Assembly (NCBI RefSeq): GCF_018350175.1
Contig: NC_058368.1
Coordinates: forward strand, 81,904,001-81,968,000
Origin: Felis catus
Lineage: Eukaryota
Direction: 5' to 3'
DNA: 64,000 nt
The notes under the pieces were generated by a model. It searched no databases, was not told the origin of the DNA, and saw nothing but the letters and a program-made list of their open reading frames with translations. This document shows, piece by piece, positions 25,801 to 37,188 of this stretch. Position 1 is the first letter of the stretch; each line of letters opens with the position of its first letter. Position numbers and translations under genes: made by a program.

Positions 25801-27199
25801 CTGCGTGTGCGCAGGGGTGTGGAGGCCTCGGGCTGCAGGGGCTTCTGGGACAAGTGACTTGAAAGTGTATCGGCAGCCAGGCCAGCATTCCAGGCAGGAT
25901 GGGCACCAGATGGCCTCGAGGGGACACCGTGCTGAGGGTGTGAAGGAGGCCCTCGTTTGTGGCAAAAGGACCCCTTCTCAGCTCCAGGTCCCTGGGTCAG
26001 AGCTGGCCCCCGGCTGTCAGGAGCCCCCGCCCCGAGCCCCCGCCCTGGACCCCAGCTCCACGGCCTCTGGGGAGTGCCTCCCACTCTGCTGCTCTGTGGG
26101 GCCGGGACGGAGGGGGCTGTGGCCAGGGCGCGGCAGTGCCGGCTCCCAGACGTCCACCTGCCCAGGCTCTGTGTCTGGGCCCATCTCCCCCATCACCTTT
26201 GTGGACCTTACAACAAAACCAGAGACGGAGGGCACAGGCAGGAGTGGCCCAGCTGTGTTTGTGATGACCGTGGGCACAAGAGTTCAGTAAATGGGGCATA
26301 TTGGTAGATAGGGTCCAGCCACACCACACACTCAAGGCAGCCCAGGAACCGTCGGAAGCTGCCTGGTGTGGCCTCCCTCCCTGCCTGTCCTGTCCTGGCG
26401 GCTGGTGAGGTGCCCACCGGCGTGGTTGTGGACCTCCAGCAGGCAGGCAAGGTGTGCTGTCCCGGGAGAGGCCTCTCTAGGGCCGGCACCGACCTCAACC
26501 TCCTGTGTCCCTCACACTCAGTCCTAGAAGGATAGAGTGAGCTCATTAGCGCTTCCAGCCCCACTGCCATTTCGCCAACAAGGACGCCCCCGTTTCCTGT
26601 TTTTCCTGCCTGCTGTAGGGGCCTGGGGCTGCGGGTTGGGGTCGTGCCCGGGAAGCGTGAACAGAGCTGCTGAGCAGGGCAGGGCAGAGCCCCGCGTGAC
26701 CTGGGTGGCCACACTGGCCCTGAATGTAACCTCCGTTCTGTCCCCACACGTCACAGCTGTTCTCTGCCTTAATCCAGATGCACTCCAGGCTCTAGCACCT
26801 TCTACGTCAAGCGCCAGAACCAGACCTGCAGAGGCTCTGGGGGGGGGGGGGGCTTTCTCCTCTGACCTCTTGCAGCCTCCCCAGCGTGGGGCTGGCGCCC
26901 ACCCAGAATGCAGGGAGGACCCACGTGCACCGAGCATGTGAAGACATTTCTTACCCACACAGGGACTTTCTGGGCCAGCAGGGCAGACCCAAGGAATGTT
27001 CTGGAATGGTCCAGAGAGGCCCGAGGCAGTGTGAATGCAGGGAGGGCATGTGGCCCTGGGTCTTGCTGTGTTCTGGGGGCCTGGACTCCCCGCAGGTGCC
27101 ACGCGAGGGCTTTCACGGGCTGGCCCAGGCAGGGGTGCAGGTGGGCCTGACAGCCGTCGCCCGAACACAGACTCTAGGGCTCGGCGAGGACTTGGGGAA

Positions 27200-28420
27200 G
27201 GAGCAGAGGCCGGTGTGCAGCCCGGATGCAGGGCTGCGCCGCGTGGGGCGCTGGGGTCCTTGTCTTCCCGGATGTGAGGTCGGAGCCATGTTAGGCGTTT
27301 CCTCCTCTAACGGGGTTGCGGTTGTCAGATCTAGTTCTGAAACAGGGTCTGCAGGGAACGTTCAGGGGTGACTCGGGCACTGCGCTGTGAGCATAGTCCC
27401 CCCGCGCCGTTCCGGTGCGCCCGTGCCGCGTATGCGTGCGCGTGTGTACGTGTGCGCGTGCGTGAGAGGCTCGGCTACGCGGAGTCGCCCTTTTCCGTGT
27501 AGAGCGTCGGTGCTTTCGGGGCGCCAGCCACGGAGTCCTACGCGGGCAGCTGTGATAGCCGCCATCCTTGTCCTCTGCCGCGTGGAAATGAACACCGTCT
27601 CCTGTCGTTGTGAGGTTCTTCTGGGTGACGGCAGCCAAGTGGAAAACGCTCTGAGAGAATTGTGGGGTCCAGCGGCCAGTCCCCTCGCCGGCGAGGGGAC
27701 CCAGGGCAAGCCGTGCATCCACGAGCATTGGGAACCACCAAGTACCCCCCCGCACGCCAGGCGCCGGGCACGCTAGGAGGGGCCGCTACCGTTGCCCCGG
27801 TTGTGCGGACCAACAGCAGCTCAGGAGAAGGAGCGCCTGGGGTCACCGTGCCTGCCTCTGCCCGGAAACCGGGGATCCCCGCGCAGGAAGGGTGATGCAG
27901 CCAGCAGTCTGCGGCCCCCCGGCCCCCATCACAGCGGCTGCCAGGAGGCCGTGCGGGGGCGTGAGCAGCTCCACACCCCGAGGTCCCCAGTGGGGACCGT
28001 GCACGGTCAGGTGCAGGTGTAGCAGCTGCTCCCAGCTTGGGGCATCGCCGCGCAGCCTGTGTGCGGGCTCACGGCACAGCGACCACGCGGTCTCCTCCAC
28101 CGCTGGCGGCGACAGTGTTTACCACCTTGAGTCACAATTCCACTCGGGCTGTGAGAAAAATCGTCAAGAATTACGGGGTGATTTTAAACGCCTCTGGTAA
28201 TGGCCGGAGGTTGTTTCTCCGACCACTGACACTAGGGTAAGGCACTCACAGAAGCACGTGCGGTGAGGACCCCGCGGCCTGCTGTCGCCGTGGCCCAGGC
28301 CCAGCAAGAGGTCCGTCTCCTCCTGCTGCCGCTCCTTTGAGCCCGTGGCCCAGGCTCACCGCCAGGCGCCTCTAGTAGCACCTCCACTTACCCCGCCCCT
28401 GGAAGTCACCCCCACGCCAC
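27200..28420. promoter_or_regulatory. Intragenic CpG island, candidate promoter/enhancer
   Basis: Densest CpG stretch by eye; NRF1-like GCGTATGCG/TGCGCGTGCG motifs, AP-1 TGAGTCA at ~28128, E-box CACGTG at ~28255. Confidence 0.6.
28115..28196 (+). CDS. Tentative alternative first exon with GUG start: (M)FTTLSHNSTRAVRKIVKNYGVILNAS(D)
   Basis: acaGTGt (A at -3), 82 nt = 27 codons + 1, donor CTG|gtaatg, phase 1, in a CpG island. No in-frame ATG. Confidence 0.33.
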
Positions 28421-28505
28421 CCCAGGACAGGCCTCAGAGGGGCAGCACCCCTGCTGCTCCCTTTGAGCTACTGCCCCTGGAATCTGTGCAGTCCTGCTGT
28501 GCAGC

Positions 28506-28600
28506 CTCAGGCAACTCAGTCAGCCTCTCTGTTCATTAGTTTTCTCATCCAACAAATGGGATACTAATGCTCCCACCTCTTGGGGTGACAAACTCATTGA
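28506..28600 (+). mobile_element. MIR fragment
   Basis: ggcaactcagtcagcctctctgttcattagttttctcatccaacaaatggggatactaat resembles the MIR core. Confidence 0.65.
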
Positions 28601-30028
28601 TACATGAGGGGTATTTAGTTACCCAGTGACCGACCGCTGTTTCTACAATTAAAGGTGTCCTGTGGGATCCACCAGAAGGTCACGGAGCTGTGCTAGCCAG
28701 CCGCTACATTTAAGGAATTCTTCAACGTCTTGTCCTTTCCGTTGCGCTAACGGGTCATAGTGTAGACGTTCAAGAAATACTTGCTTCTTAACTGATTTAA
28801 GGCTTTGGGTCTGGGGGAGCTCTGCAGAGGCTCATGTCAGAATTTCACTGAGAACCATGTCTTGGTTTTAATGAGGCCCAGCTCGATTGGCTTCCCCGCA
28901 TGTTATCTCTGCTCAGCTCTGCAGGAGCTGGACGTGTTCAGCACACCCGCCCACCAGCCCCCCAGAGTCCGTGGTCCGTTCAGTTTGGAGGGTGGCAGTG
29001 CTGTCCCTGACCACCAGAGTGTGCAGAGATGACCTTCTGGGGCTCTGACCCCAGCCACCCCACAGTGGGAGCAGGACTGCGAGCACTACTTAGGGATATG
29101 GGGCAGGGCAGGGCACGGCGTTGGCCTGTGTGCTGTCTCTGCGAGCTTGGTCGAGCTGCCCGGAGCCTGTGTTAAGCAGGATCCTGAGGCTCATCGGGGC
29201 TTGGTTGCTGCCCTGGGCAAAGACACAGTGTGTGGCATCTCAGCCTGGCGTCTGCCATGGCCCTGCGGCATGCAGGATGCCCAGCAGAAGTGATGCAGTT
29301 AACCCCCTATGGGACAGAGCGCCCTGAGCACATGCGAGCCAGGGTGTAAGGTGTGAGCAGGGACCCTTTGTGGTGCCTGGCCTGTTGCAGGGGTGGAGAG
29401 TGTGTCCTGGGACCTACCTGGCTGACACCCCTCTTAGAATGGGTGTTGACGATGGCAGACTGAGACATCTTCCTGGTGTGCCTAAGCGTGTCACCGACAG
29501 CACAGCCTCTGACCTGCTGTCTGTCAAACTGAAAATGGGTGTGACCTCAGCTAAGTGTCACCCATGGGGTGGCTTCTAGATCCCTGCCCCGGCTGTGAAA
29601 CCCCCTTGGGGGCTGTGGCCGGCATGGGGCGGGATAGAAAATGTGGTGCATCCAGGAGAGGCCGCTGTCCATTCTGCGTGCCCCTTCCAGGGGCTTCTTG
29701 GTGGTTCCCATGAAGGCCTGACGTAGACCCATCAGGCAAGGGGTGTAGCCGTGGAAGATGCAGATCTGGAGCTCTGAGGAGGTGTGCTGGGCCTCGGGCC
29801 TGCACATCTTCATCTGCACACGGTGTCCCCATGGCCCCAGAGGGCTCCAGGCTGTGCACTGGCCTCGGGCAGCACACGGGAGGGACAGACCCGCAGCCCA
29901 GCCTGACTTTGTTCGGCTTCCAGATCCCTGCCCCCCGCGTGCCAGTGAGCTTGCAGCTCCTTGTGTTAGAGGGTGCTTCTCCCTGATGGCGGTTTTGGTT
30001 GAGCAGCGTTTTATTTAAAAACCTGTAA

Positions 30029-30260
30029 GGGGACATCTGGGTGGCTTAGTGGGTTAAGCACCCAACTTCAGCTCAGGTCATGATCTTGAGGTTGGTGAGT
30101 TTGAGTCCTGCATCAGGCTCTGTGCTGACAGCTTGGAGCCTGCAGCTGCTTCAGATTCTGTGTCTCCCTCTCTTCTGCCCCTCCCCCACTCACACTTTCT
30201 CTCTCTCTCTCTCTCTCTCAAAAATAAACATTAAAAAAATTAAAACAAAAAAAGCAAAAA
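30029..30260 (+). mobile_element. CAN-SINE (older, diverged)
   Basis: ggggacatctgggtggcttag...cttcagctcaggtcatgatc...(CT)n, aataaa, A-rich tail. Confidence 0.93.
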
Positions 30261-32299
30261 CACATAAGGATTTGCTTCCTGAGATAAGGAAATCATCTGA
30301 ACTGAGTTCACGACGTGACATGATACAGTTGTGCCCTGATCCAGGAACAAATGACCATTGGAAACGTCCAGGATGATGCGCTGTGAGAGCCAGAGCCGGC
30401 CACACAACCAGTGTAGACCCCAAATCACAGAGCCTGCCCCCACGTGGGCCCTGCCCCGCCCCCCAGCCTCCCGTGTCACCCTGACCTGTGAGCTCGCGTG
30501 GGCTCCTTTGCAGCCTCCGTGTCTTCCCCACTCAGTCTGGATTTCCCCGTTTGTGGCCTCCTTTCTCCTTGTTCCGTCTGTACACACTTTGCTCTTGGCT
30601 CGGAGATTGCTGGATGGGCTCGGTGACGTGGGTATCCCGCCCACCCGTGTTGCCGAAATAACCCCACATGCCACTCTACTATGGACACAGAGAAGACCTC
30701 ACGTTGTGTTTCGATGGAAAATACACGGAAGCCTCCAGGTGTGGACTTTCAGGCAGATACAGATATGGCAGAGGGCCTCTGCTGCTAGCCCCCACTGACG
30801 TGCCTTTCTCAAGGTCCTATCTCCCTCTGAGCAAGGCCCCAGGTTCCCAGGAGGCAGCAGGGACAAGCCTCTGAACCCAAATTCGAGGCTTCTCCCAGTG
30901 CACCGGGGCTCCCTAACCCGGGACAGTCGCCACCACCCAACTCTGCACCCACCGCAGGCCCTTGTCACAGCCACAGGCAGCCACTGCTGTGGAAAGTCGA
31001 GGATCGACGCCCCTTCGAGTGGACAGGTGCGGCCCAACCCCTGTTAGGAAATTGTCCTCAACCAAAGCAGGTTCTAAGTCACTTTGCCAGAGGGGACTTT
31101 GCAGGCCAGTCTCGCCGTGTCAGGAAGAAAGATCTAAAGAGGAGACACTCGTACCACCCCTGCCCTCCGGCTGCAGCCCAGAGGGGCCAGGCCCGGTGGC
31201 TCTGGTACAAGCAGGTTGTGGCAGTTGGGGCCTCTCCCCTTGGTCCTCATCTGGAGCTGAGCCGGGTCCCGGGAGGGCTAAACGTCATGAGCGAGGCTAA
31301 GTAGGCTGTGCGCCACCTGTCATGTGATGGGTGCAACTGTCTTTCTAGATGGCTCCCAGAGCCGCGCTGAACCCTGGCCCTGGGGGCCCTCTCAGTGCCC
31401 GTGCCCCGCGTCAACCTCCGTCAGACGTGACCCTGTGACAGGCTCCTCGCCCGGGGCTCTCCCCTCACGTCTGGCCCAGACAGGAAGCGGGTAGCTATCT
31501 GTGAGACATTGTGTTCACACAGAGAGGTTCTGTGCAGGAGCGGGGCCTCGCCTGACCTTTTCAATGAGCCGGCGGGTGGGGCGACCCCCTTCCTGTCCGG
31601 ACTGCTGACATCTGAGGCTTGCTCCTTCTCCCGTGGGCTCCCCCACTTCCTGCTGGACCAGCAGTGCCCTGTCCTCCGCCACAAACTGCAGACCCACCCT
31701 TCTGAACGAGGGAGCAGGGTGGGCAGAAGTGGCACTTCGGGGTTGGGGGAGACATGCCCAGTGCACCCGGAGACCCAGAGCCCGCGGACTTGACGAAGCC
31801 GCCAGGTGACCATGACGAAAACTACTGCCGTGGTCCTTACTTATTTCCAGCTTTATGAGGGGTGGCCAGTGACCATGTAAGCCATCGTGACCTTTAGACG
31901 GGGTCCGTTTGTGCGGATTCTGCTGTTTCCAGTGCAGGCTGCAGAATAACACCGTCGTTCAACCTGGAACGGCGCCTTAGACCTGCGGCATGCTGTAGGA
32001 GCAAGTTCTGCACCCAAAACCTCACCCGCGTGGAATCCGCAGTGAGGCTGCAGGCAGACGCGCTGCCATGGTCAGCTATCTGTGGGCTCCGGAAATTCTG
32101 CACCAGCCTGCGTGCCAACTTAGCTGGATTCCAGTGCTGCTCAGGGAAGTCGCCCTCTCGTGCACCTCCTGCTTCCCCTGTCCCACACAAGTTCTTTGTG
32201 CCCCTGTCACAGGGGCCGCTGGGCCGGGTCCTGGGCTTGAGCAGTAGGCTGCAGGCTCTCCGGCCAGTGTGCAGGATGCCGTGAGGCCTGGCCCAGGCC

Positions 32300-32480
32300 A
32301 GGAGGTGGAGAAAGGCCTCCCTGAAGAAGTGACATCTTGGCCAGGAAGTGAGTAATACTGGACTGGCCAGCAGACAATGGGAGAAGCATTATGGGGAGCA
32401 GCTCATGCAAAGGCCCTGAGGCCTGAAGGACCTTGGTCCATCCATTGGAGGAGCTCTGGGAACATGAGAATGGTCAGTGC
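32300..32480 (-). mobile_element. L2 fragment
   Basis: aaggcctccctgaagaagtgacat...gcagctcatgcaaaggccctgagg. Confidence 0.55.
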
Positions 32481-34378
32481 CCACAGGAGGGTGGTGACAA
32501 GGCCCAGAGACATCTCTCCAAGGAACCAAGCTCATGTTAACATCGATCCAGCCAGCAGGACTGTCCCTCTGTCACTGAAAGTACAGGAATGGTCAGCAAT
32601 AATGGCCCTGTCTCTAGCATGTGGGAAGGCCTTGTGCCATCAGGTAGGCCAGGCTCAGAGCACAGACAGCCTGTGCTGTGCAGGACTGAGCTCAGAGGGT
32701 ACTTGGAGAGGAAGTGGGCTTAAAGGCTCTGCCAGTCAGACCCAGTCAAGAATTAGCGTCCATCAGAGGCCCAGACACTCATGGTTTTCTTTCCTCGTGG
32801 GCTGCTGGAGTCCGGTGGGGATGCTGAGGTCCAGGGTGGTGGTGAGGTCTGGAGAACCGCCTAGGCAGTCCCTGCGCTCCTCACGGATGCTGGGTCCCCG
32901 TTAAGGACTTGCCAGTTCAGTGTCCGTGCTGTTTCCACTGCCCCTGGGAGGTCTCCAGACTTCTGGAGACCTTGCCTCCCATGGTCTGTGCTCAACGATG
33001 TGCGTCTCTGGGGCTGCAGAGGCTGAACCTGAGCACAGGTGGCACAGGTTTGATATTAACTGTGCAGAGACTCCTTCCTGCCATGAGAAGGGAAATGCGA
33101 TGTGAAATCTGAAGGTCCAGCCCCTCCAGCCCCTCCCCCATGCAGGTGCACGCTGCACTCGGCACAAATCACCCTGCCTGGGATTCAGGAAAACATCCTG
33201 AATTTCCTCCCACAGAGGAGAGCCGTGGCCGAGGCATCGTGCTGCCTGTGGGCGGCGGCCTCACCCTTGGGGACTCAGTGCAGGTCCCCACCTTCTGAGC
33301 ACTAGCTGCTGTCACTTCCTGACGCCGGCTACTGCCACTGCCGCTCTGTGGGGCCAGTGGGCGCCCGGTCAATGGCAGGCAGGGTCGAAGGGCAGGGCAT
33401 GCCAGGATGGTGGAACCTGCCTGTGTGCCTAGTCGTGTCACCTGTTCACACCTGCTTTTTTGCACGACCGGAAGAGCCGGCTTCGAGGCTGGTCCGTGCA
33501 GGTAGCGTTCGGCAGCTCCACTGGAATTTTCGGGCTGGAAGAGTTCCCGTGTCTCCAGGCTCTCTTGGCTGGTGTCTCAGATTGGGTCCTGAGTCTCTTC
33601 TGAGAAATCGTGTAAATGTCCCAGGATGCAAATTCCGCTGCTCTGCCAGGGTCTGGTTGTGAATCACGTGAGCGCTAGCAAGGCGCTGACTCAGAAACGC
33701 AGGAGCCCGCGGACACCAGGGCAGGGGCTGGCGCCCAGCTTCACACTCTCTGCAGTGACACGCGCAGCCCCGACCCCAGGTGCCCAGAATCTCGCAAAAC
33801 CTTCTTGCTTCCTGGCGATGCCTCCAGGGTGTGGCTGCTCCCAGTTCGCCCCAGACCCCGATCCAGGACTCGCAGCCTGTACACTAAGCCACCTTTCCCA
33901 TCAGTATCTGGCTCAGGGACCCGGACGGGTGCCCTCCTGTGTCCATGTCGGGCAGGCGGGGTGGACCTCTGTGTGTCTGCTGCCCGGTGTCCTCGCTGAC
34001 CTGGGCTGTGGTGGCCGCGGGGATGCCCGGACCGCCTCCAGTCGGGGGTGCAGGCTGGCAGACCAAAGCGGGTGCTGGGTGGGTGGTGCTGCCTGCCCTC
34101 ACATCTGCCTGCACGTCCCTCCGTCCCTCCTCCCTCCCTCCCGCCGCCTCTCTGTTCCTTTCTCTGTGCCTCTGACACATGGCACATCTTAAATATTGAT
34201 AAACCACCCAGCACACAGTTTTCTGTGCACCGAGAGACAAAGGTCTCTGCACGTTGGAAACTGAAATCCCTTTTTCCGAGCACGTGACCGCTGGTCCCTT
34301 TAGGTGTTGGCTGATGCGCATGGCTGCATGAGGCAGTTTGCATCGAATGACAGCCGCGTCCCTCTGCTCTGCCCGCAG

Positions 34379-34462
34379 ATGAAATCATGCACCAGGACAT
34401 CACCCCGCTCTGTGCCGCTGACATCCAAGACCAGCTGAAGAAGCGCTTTGCTTATCTGTCCG
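34379..34462 (+). CDS. MCF2L: MCF2L first shared coding exon (84 nt, phase 1-1): (D)EIMHQDITPLCAADIQDQLKKRFAYLS(G)
   Basis: Acceptor cctctgctctgcccgcag| (AG 34377-34378); donor G|gtgagt (34463). Peptide matches recalled MCF2L sequence. Not in the supplied ORF track. Confidence 0.96.
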
Positions 34463-37073
34463 GTGAGTGCTGGGCCGGAGGGAGGGAGGGGCTGGGCAGA
34501 GCCGGGCTGTGACCAAGGGGACCTAGTCCACATACTGCGAGTTGGGCACGGCCTGCTGTTGATTCCACCAAGGGCCAGGAGACGCTGTACGCTGCCCGGG
34601 AGGAGGGGGCTCAGGGCTCGTTGGCCAGGGGCTACGGGAAGAGACGGCCGGAAGTCAGTCCTGAGAGGGACACAGCCCGAGAGCTCCTGCCTGCAGTCTC
34701 CAGAATGTTCCCTCAGCAGGTGCAGTGGGAAAGGGCACAGCTGCCCTCATCCTTGCAGCATCCTGGGCCAGGGACCTCCCTAGTCCAGCACACCCAGCTT
34801 CCGTGGGGGAGGCCCCAGAGCACAGCTGATAGGGGCGAGGGGCTGGCTCTGTCCCACCGGCCTGTTCTGGGGCCCCTGTGTCCCTTGGTCCGGGCTCTGT
34901 CTCCACTCTGTAGGATGACCTGCCATCCTGTCTGGCTGTGGTGCACGACCCCAGCCACTGGACGGTGCTGGCACATCCTGGGTGCTAAGGCTGCGATGGC
35001 ACCTGTGGTGGCCGCCCTCACAGCTGTACAAGTACCCCCGTCAGGACCAGACAACCTGCCCTTCCCAGGCGCTCGGCCCTACTCACAGGCCCTTTCCCCT
35101 CCTGAGCCCTGAGAGCCAGCCCCGTGCCCCTGGGGCCGCCCTGGCCCTTCTCCCAGGGGCCAGGAGCCACGCCTCAGGCTGCGCCCTAACATGTGGCCCT
35201 GGAGCTCAGGCAACCTGGGGGAATCGAAGGTCGTCAGCAGGATGTGGGGCCTCTGGGGGGCTTGTCCACAGTGAGGCACATCGGTCACCGCGAGGAGGGA
35301 GGGGTGTCCTTCAGAGAAACAGGAAGGCATCTACAGCACAGGGGTCGTGGCCCACGCCAACAAGATGTTCAGTCAAGGGTCTGCGGGCTCCTTCCATTTC
35401 CCCAGCCCGTCCATGCCTTTCAAGACCCCAAGGTTCACAACTTTAGTGCACTTGTGACCCAGACTAATGACCCTGACCTTCCTCCAGGTTGTAAGCCCAC
35501 CACCTCTTGGCTTGGAGGAGGCAGAGCCCCAGTACCCCTCTGGACACACCTTCTCTCTGTCATTCAAATGCCAGCCAGTGTTTCGGGAGGGGACTGTGCA
35601 GGTGTGAGGAGGGTCCTACTTCAGGGCTTCCGAGATCATCCTGGGTGGGCCTGTCCTAGCCGGCTGGGCCTCACAGGGACCGGTGGACCTGAAGGATTCC
35701 CAAGATGGGATTTGGCTGAGTTACACTGACGGGGGATCCATCCCAAGGCAGGTCTGCCCCCACCTCACGTCCTACCCACGATTCCTCCGAGGATATGGGT
35801 GCTGGCTCAGGGTGAGCCCACCCCCTCCCCATCCATGGTGCACAGCCCTGCTTGCCAATGGGGACCCTCCTCCGGCTCCTGCAGAGTTAGGTCTTTGGTG
35901 TAATTCCATCAACGCCCATCGATACTTCCTGTGCAGGACGCACCTGAAACACGCTGGGGGAACTGCCACAGGGGGCTGCCCGCGTGCGCGTCAGTATGTG
36001 CACTGCTCACGCTGCCCCCACCTTAGCCCGAGACACCCCCTTCATTGATTTGCTGTTAATTCCGGCAGGCAGGGCTGGTGGGAGAGGAGTTCAGAAAGTG
36101 TGGCCAGTGGTTCTTTCACCCCACGGAGCGCTGGCTAGACGGGGGCGTCACTCACACATGTGGCATCTCAGGGCCCCTGCATGCCACTGGCCGCTCCTCC
36201 CGGCAGAGTGAGCCTCCTCCCCTCTGCCCGCAGGGTGGGCCTCTACCCACAGGGTGGGCCTCCTCCCCACGGTGTGGGCCTCCTCCCTGAGGGTGGCCAG
36301 GGTCCAGGAGGGAGCTGTGAGCAGGGAGGGTGGACCCCACCATGTCTGGCAGCCCGGCCGTGGGACCTGACCTGCACACATGGCACCTGGCCTGCAGCCG
36401 ATGGGCCAGGACAGGTGGCCAGGGCAGGAGAGATGGGTCCCACCCATCAAGTGGCCGTCCGCAGCCGCCCAGGGCGCTGACTAGCAGGCAGACATGGAAC
36501 CTGGGCCCGGGTGATTCGGGCGTGTCGTCAGCCCCTGCCCTGTCCACTGCTTCTCCAGACCGCTTGTGGGACACGTCAAACCACATAGGCCCCAGACCGA
36601 ATTCAGCCTTCTGCTTGAAGCTCCCATCCCCAGGTCCTGAGCCCCACACCCTTTTCCTCCTTGCTGTGTGTCTCCGCTCAGAAGTGTGCTCTCTGCTCCC
36701 TCCCCTGCCACACTGCCAAGGGGATGACCCCCTTAGACCCAAACTGTCTGAAGTGGTTCGTCAGAGACGCACGCAGAGCCTTAGGGCCTCTGGGGTAAGA
36801 GACGGAGCGTTGTGCGGAGTTTAAAGCGGCTCACGCATTTACAAGGCGCAGAAAACCGTACTTTGCGGTGTTAGCCTACTCGGCGCAGTCTTGGTTCTGT
36901 ACAACTATGCTCATTTGGGAAGCGACGAGCCGCGTGGGACTGGCTGCCCTGCGGTGGCAGAGTGACAGGTGCCTGTTTGTGCACGCGTCACTCTTCTGCA
37001 CATGCCAAGCGCTCGCACTCCTTCCCTGATGAAAACCATGCCTGGGCTCAGTGCTGCCTTGCTCTCTCCCCAG

Positions 37074-37188
37074 GTGGGCGCGGGCAGGACGGCAGCCCAG
37101 TCATCACCTTCCCAGACTACCCAGCCTTCAGCGACGTTCCCGACAAGGAGTTCCAGAATGTCATGACCTACCTCACCAGCATCCCCAG
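37074..37188 (+). CDS. MCF2L: MCF2L coding exon (115 nt, phase 1-2): (G)GRGQDGSPVITFPDYPAFSDVPDKEFQNVMTYLTSIP(S), Sec14-like domain
   Basis: Acceptor ccttgctctctccccag|, donor AG|gtgtgt. Lies within ORF 36962..37417 and is in frame with flanking exons. Confidence 0.96.
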
